Shown here piece by piece: positions 22,720 through 35,040 of a DNA stretch of 64,000 bases. The translations under genes were made by a program, and so were the position numbers. The notes under the pieces were generated by a model, which worked only from the letters and a program-made list of their open reading frames with translations, was not told the origin of the DNA and did no database searches. This DNA is from Eledone cirrhosa (lineage: Eukaryota), in the NCBI GenBank assembly GCA_964016885.1, contig OZ024741.1, positions 195,858,001 to 195,922,000 on the forward strand, given 5' to 3'. Each line of letters begins with the position of its first letter. Within the stretch, counting starts at the first letter, position 1.

Positions 22720-25700
22720 ATTAGTTGTATCAATTGGTCACACGCCACAATGGGTATCCGAACCTCCCTCTAATACTTTTTGTGGCAAGCCAACATCCTC
22801 ACAGCATTGCCACAGATAATGGCGAGGCTAAGGCACTGAAACAACCAAGCACCCTAATGAGCATCACGGTAAGGTGAGCTGCTAACAAGAACTTTGCTGT
22901 CAGTAGCCCAGCTCCCCACAAGCATCTCAAACGCTGCAGGCTGGAAGAAAAAATTTACTGATAATTGCCGTTATTTTAGAATTCTATTCTGTTTGGCTAC
23001 AGAAGCTGTGACCCTCACATTTAACACAGCATCCACAATGTGGGAGGGAGCAAAAGAGTCACTGACTGGCATCTACCTCTTACCAATGAGACACCTACCT
23101 CTTACCGAGGGACAAAGAGTAAGACATTGGCTCACTTTCAGTGCAATAAAGATGCGGAGCTCCTCCAGACTGAGTAGACCACCAATGTTGGCCCCAGGGA
23201 GGACATCAATCCAGGCCCCTGAGAAATTTGTGCTTGCGGAAAGTAGGTAAAATCTTGAAAATTGATCAGATTGATCAAAGAGATTTGAAGGTATCTCTCG
23301 AATGCAGATTGTCCCATACTCTCTGCTTCAGTCTTCCCCTCATCTGTATCAGGAACTGACAAACCTAGCTCCCTCCACTGTTATAGAGAAGCATCCATCT
23401 TTCTGTTGGTACTAGTCCATCTTGGAAAGAGGATGTTACCCACCAAAGGGGAGCAAGTGTGGATGGAGGAGAGAAAGCAGAGAAGAGACAGAGATGGGCA
23501 TTTACACAGACCTAGGCCCTCAAACTGTTTGGGAAAAGCAGCCTGATCGTGGGTCTCTGGAGAGAGTCTGACAGTGACCAAGCATTCGCGTTTACTGAAG
23601 ATTAGGTCATCAAAGCATTGGAGAGAATCTATAAGAGGAACTAACTCTGAGAAAATAAAATAATCTAGGAATCAACAAGTAATTCCTAAGTATAAAAGAA
23701 AACCTTGGTGGGGCTCAATTGCTTCAATGTTTTTTAGTAGTGCTCTCGAGGTTAGCCAACTTGGATTGAAAGATGGATTCGAAAGTTCGGTCAGTAACTG
23801 GGGCTCCAAGAGAGTACCAAGTTGATGCGGGAGGAACCAAGACAGAAGGTAAGGAATCCATAAACAGGTCTACAGTCTGCTGTGAAGCTGGGTGGTTGAG
23901 GAGCCAGAGCTCGCATTTGGAACTGTTGACATGAAGGCCCCTACGACCAAGTTCCTCAATCATTGCAAGGACCTTATCTAGAGGTCCCCTAAAAAAAAAA
24001 CAAGCATCATCACAATACCAGACATTCAAATCCAGGTCAGCCCTTATCTTAGTAACGTCATCAATACCCAATGTGAATAGAGCAAGTCCAAACAGGTCAC
24101 TCTGTTGGACTTGAGACAAATTGGCTGAAATGGTCACCAAAGGAGAGGTAGGAGGACTCCCGATAAGTATGCCAAGCTGAGCTGTGGGGCCCTCTCCCTT
24201 ACTGAATGGAGGATGACATCCTAATAGATAGAATTGAAGGTGTTCCTGAGATCAATCTTGAAGATAACCTTGGGGATCTAAGAAGACAAGTTGGCAAAGG
24301 TTCTAGTGGCATGAGCAGCAGCCTCACAACCTAACTTGGTACCTACCCCTAGCTGAATAAGAGAACATTTGGCAGAGAGGCAGTCTGAAACTTTCACTGT
24401 GATCCGTTGCAGAGTACACCCAACTATTATGGGGTGAAGGTCACCATTGGGCTTTGAGAGACCAAACGGAGGCAAATATAGGGGAGGACACTTTCGGATG
24501 AGAACATGTTGACAAACTGAATCAGGTTCTTCAAGAGCTCAAGGTCAGCATCACCGACTGACAGGGAAATACCATTCTTGAGATGCTGAGGCGGGGTTTG
24601 CTCCCTTCTGAACCCTCTTTGGGGTCTTGTGTTACACAATCTTTGTGTGTCCATCCAACGCTTCCCACGGCAGGTCACAGGCTCATTGCCAGTTTTTGCA
24701 GTATGAAATGGAGACTGCAATGAATTTTTTGTACAGGCCCCTCTACTTAAGGTCTAAATGCATCCCTTGTTAACCCACGTGAAGGACAATGTGGTATGGT
24801 TCTTTTTAAAAATTGCAATATGGTGAGCCATATTGCAATTTTGGTGATCTTATTTGTGCCAGTCATCAATCTGGCACTTTCTCAAACCTGTGAAGACTAA
24901 GCTTCATTAGAAGTGGCCTGTACTCGCCTTGTCATAGCTACATCACTAAGTTGTGAGAGTTGGGAGCTACAGGTGTCACCCATTGCTCCATCTCTGCTAG
25001 TAGCTTACCACTGTTGGTCTGGGGTTGCTTATTCGTCCGGCTACTGCCCGCTTATGTTGCAACTAACATTTTTATCTGGTGGTCATATCGATATCTGCGA
25101 CCTGTTCTCTAGCAGAACAGCTCTGCTGCCAACAGCCCCTTTAATGTCAAATTTGATGAATATGGCATTGATGGCCTTCTATAAGTTCAGTAATCATTCA
25201 TTGTTCGGAACTGTGCTGATTATAATTGGTAATTACTGACCTGAGGTGAACAGTAGTTGGGATGGACTCAAACAGTCCGAACTACTGTTTTAAGGACGAT
25301 GTGAGGGAACTGGTTTTTGCATTAGGCACAGGGAGAGAAACTAGAAGGAATAAGAACAGTTTCTACCACCCGGGGTGTTGTTGGATAGGCAAACGTTCTT
25401 CAACATCTTGGAAAGAGCACAGGTGAAACAATTCCAAGCTCCCTTTGGGATCCAGTTGATGAGTATTAACTTGGACAAGTTCCAAAAGGGAGCTGCAAAA
25501 TTTGGACATCAGAACAAGGTTCTGCCCTACGAAGTGTATCAGAGCTGAAGCGATATTGATTACATGTCCAGTTTGAAAAACTTTTGGCTTGAACCTTAGT
25601 AATGCAACTCCTGTGATAACCTACGCAACTCAAGTGACATTGGATGGTCTTTAAAGAGCGACTTGTATGGTTGCAAAGAACACAATTTGGTGGTGAATTG

Positions 25701-25900
25701 GCAGCACCCGAGGGGGGGGGGGGTCAACATTAGAATTAGAATTTAGACAGGGAGGAGATGACGGTAAGGAGGGAAGGTTAGCGATGGGGGGAGAGGGGGA
25801 ACAGGGTAAACAACATTAACTCTGGCAGTGGGTATGTGGCTTTGGAGGTAGGCTAGCTGTTACAGAAGTGGTTGGATGAACAGGACTAATTCCGTCCGAA
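22720..25900 (-). mobile_element. Degraded CRE-clade (RLE-type) non-LTR retrotransposon
   Basis: KPNGDLHPIIVGCTLQR, QLGVGTKLGCEAAAHATR, VQQ.D..G.ALF, WYCDD, GLHVNSSKCEL, SLGAPV, and C-terminal FQPAAFEMLG...WFQCLSLAI. Boundaries are approximate. Confidence 0.85.
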
Positions 25901-26329
25901 TCCCACGATAGAAGGGGATACAACTCCTAGAAAGTGACGGATGTGGTGGGGAAACTGGAGGACAAAGGCTGATACTACGTTACAAAATTGTTTAGCCATG
26001 CGAGTCTCCTTGTCACTCGACGCATGGCCCTATAATCTAAACGGTAACATTTTTTTTACCTGACCACCAATGTTAAATCTAACCAGACCATCGTGTGGCT
26101 AATGAGGCGGATGGCCACACGGGAATAGGAAGTTGGAAGCGAACTAAAACAGAAATAAATTCACCAATAAATCCTTATACTTTTCGTTCGATTTGGTTGT
26201 CTCGTTTCCTTTGGCTGTGATATCCTGAATTGTTTTGTTGTCTACTTTATCTGTTTAGATATGTTGGTTTCATCTTCATATTTCCGAATTCGATTCCGTT
26301 CGGCAACGGAAGCAGTGACCCCCAAATTC

Positions 26330-26700
26330 ACCGTGGCGTCCTTGATATGGTTTTGGAGGGAATAAAAGAGTCACTAATTGTGACGTCCCAGATGAGACAC
26401 CTACCTCTGCACTTTACAAATAATTATTTTTTCCAGCCTGTGGCGTTCGAGACGTTTGGTGACGTTGGGCCGCTGACAGCTAAATTCTTGTCATCACTGG
26501 CGACTCACCTTACTGAGGTGTCAGGTGATGCCCCTGAGGGTGCCTGTTTGTTTCAGCGCCTTAACCTCGCCATCACCCGTGTTAATGCTGCGAGCGTGTT
26601 GGCTTGCTCAAAGTGTGTATTTAACCCCTAAGGTGTGAGGTGCGGCCGATTGTCGCACTTGGTGGTGAGTCCCCCCCGCCTCTTTTTTTCTTTCCTTTAT
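26330..26700 (+). mobile_element. CRE-type element 3' fragment (end of restriction-like endonuclease)
   Basis: FQPVAFETFGDVG...LFQRLNLAITRVNAASVLAC. Confidence 0.8.
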
Positions 26701-27983
26701 CATAATTGTTCAAAGAATCATATATTTTTGTTAAATACCGTTTTACAGCTATAATGTAATACTCTTCATGTTTTAAATTCTCAATATGTATATGTTCGTT
26801 AGTTGTTTTGTGTTCGATATTTGTGATTTCCTTGTGTATGTTCTATTAAGTGCTGTTTCCATGCCTGGTTTATTTTTTTCTGTTATCAATATGTCTCATT
26901 AAATTTACGTTTGTTGAGATCGAGCTTTAAGCCAGTGTATGTATTTAACCTGATTGTATGTGTATATGGTGTTTTCATTTTTAAAGCATAGTGTAACCAA
27001 ACGTGTGTGAAGACTCGAAGTGTATTCCTAACGTGTCAATTTGTGACTTTTATTTTTTTTATGTACAACTTTTACGAGCACTTGTAATATGTTACTTACA
27101 TGCATCGGTATTCCTTTTTTGTTTTGTTTTGGTTTTAACCTGTGTTGTGCTGTGGCTGTTTATCAGCTTGTTGCATTTTTCGCACGTGGTTCTAGTGTTA
27201 ACAAAGAAATTTCTATGGCACAGACAGTCCATACATAAACTACATTTTTGGTAAGGTTCGTTTAGTTCTTCGTTTTCTGGTTATATTTACTATTGTTTTG
27301 TCGATGGTGTCCGATTTATTTCAAAACTTGCAGGGAGCCTCAATCAGTAACATTTGTTTATAAGAGAATTTAGTAATACTATTACAAATAATTATTCTCT
27401 TAACTTTAGTTTGTTTCTGCTTTGTTGACCGTAGAACTTTGTTTAGTTTAAATGTTTCAGTTATTTGAACTCATTTTTGTGGGTAAGTCACACGTGGGTG
27501 TTGTTGTTATTAGTTCAGTAATTAATACCTAAGGATGACAAGAACCGATAATCCCTACTTCTATTTGGTAATGTACATTTATATATATCCTTTTTTATTA
27601 ATATACAAGCACTTGTTTTTACCCACAGTATGTTGACATGGAGACATGTTAAAGTTTGACCCTAACGACCACTTAATCGATGGGCGGGTTGTTGGGCAGC
27701 CACTTAATTTCATTGAACGACTTATTTACTTCTTTAAATGTTTAGACTTGCAATGATGAAATACATTTTATGCGTATAACAAATTTAGATCTTTTGAATA
27801 CAATCAAATTTTACGCTTTCGGAATATTGTCAGTGAAATCAAGTAGTGTACAATCGTGTATCTAGCTGCCAACAATATATATATATTGTTACCCGGAGAT
27901 TTACCCATTTGCATTGTCGAGGCTTCCAAACGACTTAAAGATATTTATTTATTATTCCACAATGCTTCAAGCAAACTTCAATA

Positions 27984-28050
<67 letters not shown>

Positions 28051-28072
28051 ATGGTTATAAGAGTTTCATATA

Positions 28073-28132
28073 TTTTATTACACGTATTTAGAATACAAAA
28101 TCATGAGACAGATGTGTTCTCTTCAGATAAAA
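28073..28132 (-). ncRNA. Decayed type I hammerhead motif
   Basis: ttttat CTGAAGA gaacac...gtattc TAAA tacgtg TA ataaaa. Stem I is perfect and GAAA is mutated. It is preceded by a CT-rich tract and followed by (TA)n, like the other elements. Confidence 0.6.
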
Positions 28133-28434
28133 AATAAGGTACAATGATATGAGGCATAATAGCACTTGTTTATAGGAAAGTGCTAAGTCTACATATGACA
28201 GAAATATATGTGGTAATACTATATAGTAAGAAATAGATAGGAAAATAGAAGAAAAGGAAAGAAGAAGAGAAAGAAGGAAGAAGAGAGAGAAAGACTTTAG
28301 AATAACACGCACACATATTAGAGGTTGAAATGAGACAACTAAAATAACTCGTTAGATCACCAGGTTTATTACGTGTATGTGATTTAGAGTTACGGTCAAA
28401 GGTTGCTTAGTCTGCTTGTGTGTGTGTGTATATA

Positions 28435-28595
28435 CATCGTGTGTGGTTAAGGAATTTGGTTCACAACCTTGGTTTCGGATTCAGTCCCATTCTGCGGTAC
28501 ATTCGACAAATCTCTTCTGCAATATCCTCGAGTCGATTAGTGTGAGTAATATTGAATAGGCTGAAATTGTGTAGTTATGTGTAAGCCCGTCTATG
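28435..28595 (+). mobile_element. Degenerate tRNA-derived SINE (second family)
   Basis: gtgtggttaag...ggattcagtccc A/B-box-like head; a related minus copy lies at about 59330-59435. Confidence 0.55.
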
Positions 28596-28600
28596 TGCGA

Positions 28601-28643
<43 letters not shown>

Positions 28644-29199
28644 CAAAGTGAGAAATAAAGTTTCATTTTTTCCATTTATGTATATATACTTATATATGTA
28701 TGTATATGTGTGTATTTATATACATATATGTTTATATGTATGACTATACCTTTATTTAAATGATGGGTGTTCTGCTTTACGAAAAGTTTTAATTTCAATT
28801 AATTTTCTTGTTTTATTATTATTTTTTTTGTTATTGTTAGTTTTGTTTAATTTGTTATTGTCATTGACTTTCTAGATAAAATGAATAAATTTGAATAATC
28901 AGTATTTAAAAAAGAAAAGAAAAGCAAAAAGTAAAATAAAATTACAGTGGAGTGTGTGGGTTATGTGTATTGAACTTTATTGATTAGGCTTTTATTTATT
29001 GATTGATTTATATATATATATTGATGATAATAATGACAATGATGATCATAATCATGATAAAATTTCATACCTTCCAGAACCTTAATATGCAATGTGTATA
29101 TGTATATATGTGTACATTTGTATGTGTATGCATACATGTATTTGTGTATATGAGTATATGTATATATATATGTGTGTGTGTATATATATATTTATGTCA

Positions 29200-29480
29200 G
29201 GTCACCAGTTGGTGCTACTGGTAACATGTATCCCAGTACAACCTGTCTCATGGTCGGGTCGTTGGCGACTAAACTGGCAACCCCACCAAGGTTTCTTGGT
29301 GAGGAGGGTGACTTTGGACATCCTGCAGGACTAAAAACAAAACCTGTCAAAGGGCAAAGGAGCTCTTTAGTCCAAAATCACCGGGAGAGATGACCCCTTA
29401 GCCTTTGTCAAGGCAGAATTCTAGGAGAAGGAAAACTCTGATATAACACCTGCAACCCTGATGGTATCCAATGATGTTGA
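29200..29480 (+). mobile_element. RTE-type LINE 5' UTR fragment with HDV-like ribozyme candidate
   Basis: ccagt...GG GTCG TTGG CGA CTAA actgg, followed by the RTE 5' motif ctaggagaaggaaaactctga. Confidence 0.55.
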
Positions 29481-29489
29481 CTTGTTCTT

Positions 29490-31886
29490 CTTTTTGGTAA
29501 ATATCAGGGCACCAAAGAGTGGGACAAGTACAATGGGGGGAGTTTACATAAAAAGGCGTCCTCAATAAGGAGGAGCAATAACAAAATATAAAAATATAAA
29601 AATGTAAAAATGTAAAATATAACAAAAATAAATTGAATAACAAAATCCTCAATAGGGAGGAGGCGCCTGGGAGGGTCGCCCCATTCCCCCCCGAAAAAAG
29701 TGTGCAACCCTTCTCAGGAGCACAGAGAGAGGGTGCTCCCTTGATCTTTCATCTTCCTCACCTACAGTCTGATGTAGAGTGAAGGCCCATTCACACGGGC
29801 CATTCTCGCCACTTTCACCCATCTTTCATAAAAACGGTTGGGGTGCAGCACCTCTCTCTCCATCCTGATCCTTCTTCCGAAATGATATTGGGAGAAACGG
29901 ACCAGTTGTTGGCCAGAGAGAAAGGTGTCTGACCTCAGTCCTTTCAGACGCGTCCACCATACAACCTCTTTCGCCATGGCTATTACGCACAGAAACACCG
30001 CCTCTCCTTCGTTTTTGAAGAGAGGAGGCGGCTTGATCGTTACAATAGACTCGGTGGTCAACCGGATCGGTCCCACCCTTGACAGCAGTTGTTGGACATA
30101 GCCCCACAGATCGGCAATGCCCGAGCAGTGTACCAATGCGTGTGCAACGGTTTCCTCGTCGCACACGCATCTGGGACAGATCTTTTTCGAGGGGTCCCTA
30201 CCCGGGCGCCCGTGTCTGTAGTGCCTTTCCCGAACGGGCAGGGCCCCTCGGTAGCACTGCCAGGCCAGGGACCTCTGGAAGTTATCCATAGGTCCCGGGC
30301 TGAATGTCCTACCGAACAGGTTTGCCAGTTCGTTTTCCTCCATGCCTAGGGCTTCTCCGAGGGCGTCGTCGCACCTGCTAACCACCAGCCCTCTATTGAA
30401 TGACGAGGTGGATTCTCTACTGACAGCCGGGTCCGCCTACCAGAGAGCCGTGAGCACCTGGGCACACTTCGTGTGCCAGGCGCCCAGTTTTCTCGGTCCT
30501 TGCTTGACCCAGGATTGCAGCTCGGTGAGCAAGACGAGTCTGGGAAAGGCTCGCCTCACAAACAGGGCCCACACCGGTTGACTGGTGAGAATACTTGGAG
30601 GTGCCATAGCCTTAATGTGTGTTTACGCATCAACAGCCACGGCATCCCCAGCCCTCCTTTCGAAGGGTGTTGGCCGCAGATGGATCTCCTCACCATAGGA
30701 GCCCACTTCTTCCAAAGGAATTGGAAGAGTGCGCGCTCCATTTTGCCGAGCGTTTCCCTTGAGCAAGGCACGACGGTCAGGCGGTAGTAGATGACGGACG
30801 CTATATAAGTGTTCGTCACCTCTGCCCGACCTTTCAGGGACAGTTTGCACTCGGCCCACTTCTGGGTCAGTGCAAACACCCTGTTCGTTACCTCACCCCA
30901 GACCTTCTCCACCTAGAGGTCTGGTCCGAACCAGACCCCGAGCAACTACACTGGGCCCTCCATCCAGCGCCCGACGACGCCTACGGAGGGCATCGATTTG
31001 CCCCTCCACGTGCCGAGTTGCAAACCAATCGACTTGTCCCGGTTCAGCTTAGCCCCTGTAAACCTTTCGTACTCCTCCAGTAAGGTGCCGATCGCCCCGA
31101 TTTCCGAGGCCGTCGACACCATTACTGTTACGTCATCGGCGTAGGCCGACACCGCTTTCCACAATCCCGGTTCCAATGGGATGCCCTACAACAACTCCAA
31201 CTTCCTCAGCAGTGGCTCTAGAGAAGGGAGGAGAGAGGGCACCCTTGTCGGAGGGAACGCGCGATTTCGAATGGCTCCGAGAGGTAGCCGTTCACCTTGA
31301 CTCTAGAGCAGATGTGGCTGCTGTGCATGGCAGTGATCCAGCCCCTGAAAACGGGTCCGAAGCCTGCTGCCGCTAGCACTGCATCCAGGTAACCATGGTC
31401 GACCCTATCGAACGCCTTAGATTGATCCAAGTTGATCAGGGCCCCACCAAAGCCGGGTTCGTTCCCAACCCTCTCTATGATGTATCGCATGAGGTGGAGG
31501 TTGTCGTGGATGGACCTGGATGGGATAGCACATGTCTGTGCATCTCCCACCAGGTTGCTCACGACAAGCGCCAACCTCTTTGCTAGCACCTTGGCCAAAA
31601 TCTGTAACTCTGTATTTAGCAGAGTTATGGGCCTGAAATTACTTATATCGTCCCCCTTGTTCTCGTCCTTCCTCACTAGCGTGACTACGCCCTTGGTCAC
31701 AGCACAGGGAATTCTCCCGTTCTGTTGCCAGTTGCAGTAGACCGCCTCAAGGAGATCGGGGAACAAGTCCAGCATAGCTAGATATAGTTTGTATGGAAGA
31801 CCATCGAGACTCAGGATTTGCGTTTGCCGCATTGGCTCAGCACGTTCTCTATCTCAGCGGCTGAAATCGGCTCCTCGCAGGACTTC
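29490..31886 (-). mobile_element. Tx1/L1-clade LINE, RT and C-terminal zinc-binding region, frameshifted
   Basis: NFRPITLLNTE, LDQSKAFDRVDH, RQGCPLS, YADD, HPSKGGLGMP, CPRC..DEETVAHALVHC. Confidence 0.92.
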
Positions 31887-33146
31887 GCTGAATCAATGGC
31901 TGAACAAGAGAAGAAATTCCAAACATGGAAGCATGGCCTAGAATCAAAAGGCCTTAAAATTAACCTGGCTAAGACTAAAGTTCTAGTTTGTAGGAAGGAA
32001 AATAGGGCACCAGTCCCATCTGGGAAATGGCCATGCTCAGTGTGTAGGAAAGGAGTAGGCAGAAACTCCATTTTATGTCCCAAATGCAAAGTATGGATGC
32101 ATAAAAGATGTAGTGGGATCACAGGTAAGCTAACTAAGAATATAGATTTTATATGTGGCCACTGCTCTGGTGCAATAAGTAGCAGCAAGTGCCCACAGAA
32201 TACTAGCTCATTCCATTGCACAGATGGTTCTATAGAAATAGTGGACACCTTCCATTACCTGGGTGACAAAATCAGCAGTGGGGGAGGGTGCTCTGAAAGT
32301 ACAGTAGCTAGAGTCAGAACGGGATGGAAAAAGTTCAGAGAGCTTATACCACTATTGGCCGCTAAAGGGTTCTCCCTAAAAATGAAAGGCAGGCTGTATG
32401 ATGCCTGCATACGAACAGCAATGTTACATGGCAGTGAAAACTGGGCATTGTGTGCAGAGGATATACGCAGACCGGAGAGGAACAAAGCTTGCATGCTCCG
32501 CTGGATGTGTAATAGTAATATACGCGAATGGCAAAGCATAAACGAACTTAGGGAGAAATTAGGAATAAGAGGGATCAGATGTTGTTTACTCGAGAGAAGA
32601 CTACATTGGTACGGTCGCGTGATGCGCATGAAAGACGACAGCTGTATAAAAAAGTGCAGGGCGATAAAAATAGACGGTAGCCACGGAGTAGGCAGACCCA
32701 GAAAAACCTGGGGGACGACTTGATAAATTCCGACCTCACACACTTAGACCTCTCCAAGACAATGTCACTGGACCGAGATCTTTGGTGCTACACAGTAATA
32801 CTGAAGACCCGCCTTGCCTAAGTACAAAGCGAAACCTACAGTCGGTAGGCACCTCTAACAAAAATACCCCCCTGTCCCAGTACCCCCCCTTCAATGTGAA
32901 GTTATGTTGGTACCACAACATCCAGTCCGAAACAAATGAGGTCGTGTAGGTGTCACGACAAAAAAACACACAGTCCACGCTGTAATGTGGCCGTGTAGGT
33001 AACACGGTAAAAACCTCCCAGTACACACTGTAAACGTGGTTGGTGTTAGGAAGGGCATCCAGCCGTAGAAAACCCGCCAGACAGTCCTATACGAGCAGGA
33101 CAACCAAAGCGTGGAAGATGGACGTTAAACGATGATGATGATGATG
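31887..33146 (+). mobile_element. RTE LINE, 5'-truncated (late RT, Cys-rich insert, C-terminus, 3' UTR)
   Basis: GLKINLAKTK, CSVC...CPKC..WMHKRC...CGHC, FHYLG, MLHGSE.W, GRPRKTW; (GAT)n tail. Confidence 0.95.
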
Positions 33147-33184
33147 CGTGTGTGTGTGAGTATATGTGACTGTATGTGTGTGTC

Positions 33185-34930
33185 ATCATCATCATGATCT
33201 AACCTCTATCTTCCACGCTAGCATGGGTTAGACGGGAACTGTCCCACTTGAGGCAAGATTCGTCATGTGACCGAGTCTCGTTCGTATAGGACTCTCTGGC
33301 AGGTTTTCTACGGCTGGATGCCCTTCTATACACCCACCATATTTACAGTGTGGACTGGGAGCTTTTTACCATGTTACCTACATGACCACATTACAGCGTG
33401 GACTGTGTGTTTTTCTGTTGTGACACCTACACAACCTCATTTGTTTGGACTGGTAGTTGTGGTACCAACATAACTTTATAGAGAAAGGGTGGTGTTGGCG
33501 AGAGTGGGAGGATAGAGTAGGGGTAGCGGGTTGGGATGTATGTTTGGTTTGGAGAGGCCTACTGACTGTAGGTTAAATTTACACGTAAGGAACGTGGGTC
33601 TTCTATATTACTGCGTGGCGCCAAAGATCTCGGTCCAGTGACATTGTCTTAGAGAGATGTAAGTGTGTGAGGTCGGAATTTATCAAGTTATCCCAGGTTT
33701 TTCTGGGTCTACCTACTCCATAACTTCCATCAATTTTGATCGCCCTGCACTTTTTTATACAGCTGTCGTCTTTCATGCACATCTCCAAGACCATACCAAC
33801 GTAGTCTTCTCTCAAGTAAACAATGCCGATATCTCACTGCCATGTAGCATTGCTGTCCGTATACAAGCATCATACAATCTGCCTTTCATTTTCAGAGAGA
33901 AATCTTTTGTGGCCAACAGCAATATAAGCTCTCTGAACTTTTTCCATCCCGTTCTAACTCTGGCTACTGTACTTTCAAAGCACCCTCCACCACTGCTGAT
34001 TTTGTCACCCAGGTAACGGAAAGTGTCCACTATTTCTATAGAACCATCTGGGCAGTAGAAGGAGCTAGTATCCTGTGGGCACTTGCTACTTATTACACCT
34101 GAGCATCCCACATATAAAATCTACGTTCTTAGATAGCTTGCCTGTGATCCCACTATATCTTTTATGTACCCATAATTTGCATTTGGGACATAAAATGGAG
34201 TTTCTGCCTACTCTTTTCCTACACACTGAGCATGGCCATTTCCCAGAGGGCACCTGTGCCCTATTTTCCTTTCTACATACTAGAACTTTAGTCTTAGAGC
34301 TAAGTTAACTTTAAGACCTTTTGATTCTAGGCCATGCTTCCATGTTTGGAATTTCTTCTCTAATTCATTCAACTATGAGAGTTAGATCATCTGCATATAG
34401 AGGTTCCCATGGGTAGCTGGTCTTAAACTCCTCTGTTATAGCCTGAAGGGCAATAATAAACAGGAGGGGGATAAATACCAACTTTTACGCTAAATTCTTC
34501 ACTATATTCATTGTTAATTTTAACCCTGCTGACTGTTTCTTTATACATGGCTTGTATAGCTCTCACAAGCCATTCATCTACGCCTAGTTTTCTAAGGGCC
34601 CACCAGATACTGGAGCGGGGGACTCTGTCAAAGGCTTTCTCCAAGTCAACAAAAGCTAAGTAGGGAGGTTTACTTTTAGCTAGGTACTTTTCCTGTAGTT
34701 GTTGTACAAGGAAAAGAGCATCTGTGGTACTTTTACCTGACATAAACCAAACTGCATCTCATGTAGATAAATTCGATCTCTGATTAGTTGTGCTATAACT
34801 CTTTCTGTGACCTTCATAACCTGGTCAACTAACTTAATGCTTCTATAGTTTCCCCTATCTAGAGCATCTCCTTTACTCTTGTAGCAGTTAACGATGATGC
34901 TGCTACGCCAGTCCTTTGGTAAGATGCCAT
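33185..34930 (-). mobile_element. RTE LINE, 5'-truncated, with internal deletions
   Basis: NYRSIKL, FVDLEKAFDRVPR, FRYLG, GRPRKTW; tail-to-tail with the preceding copy. Confidence 0.95.
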
Positions 34931-35040
34931 ACATATATGTGTGTATATATATATATATGTGTGTGTGTGTATGTCTATATATATATATGTGTGTGTGTGT
35001 ATGTCTATATATATATATGTGTGTGTGTGTATGTCTATAT

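Noticed and set aside
31818-32723. 301-aa ORF with a novel N-terminus
   Set aside because: The first 23 or so residues are the antisense of the Tx1 element at its junction with the truncated RTE.
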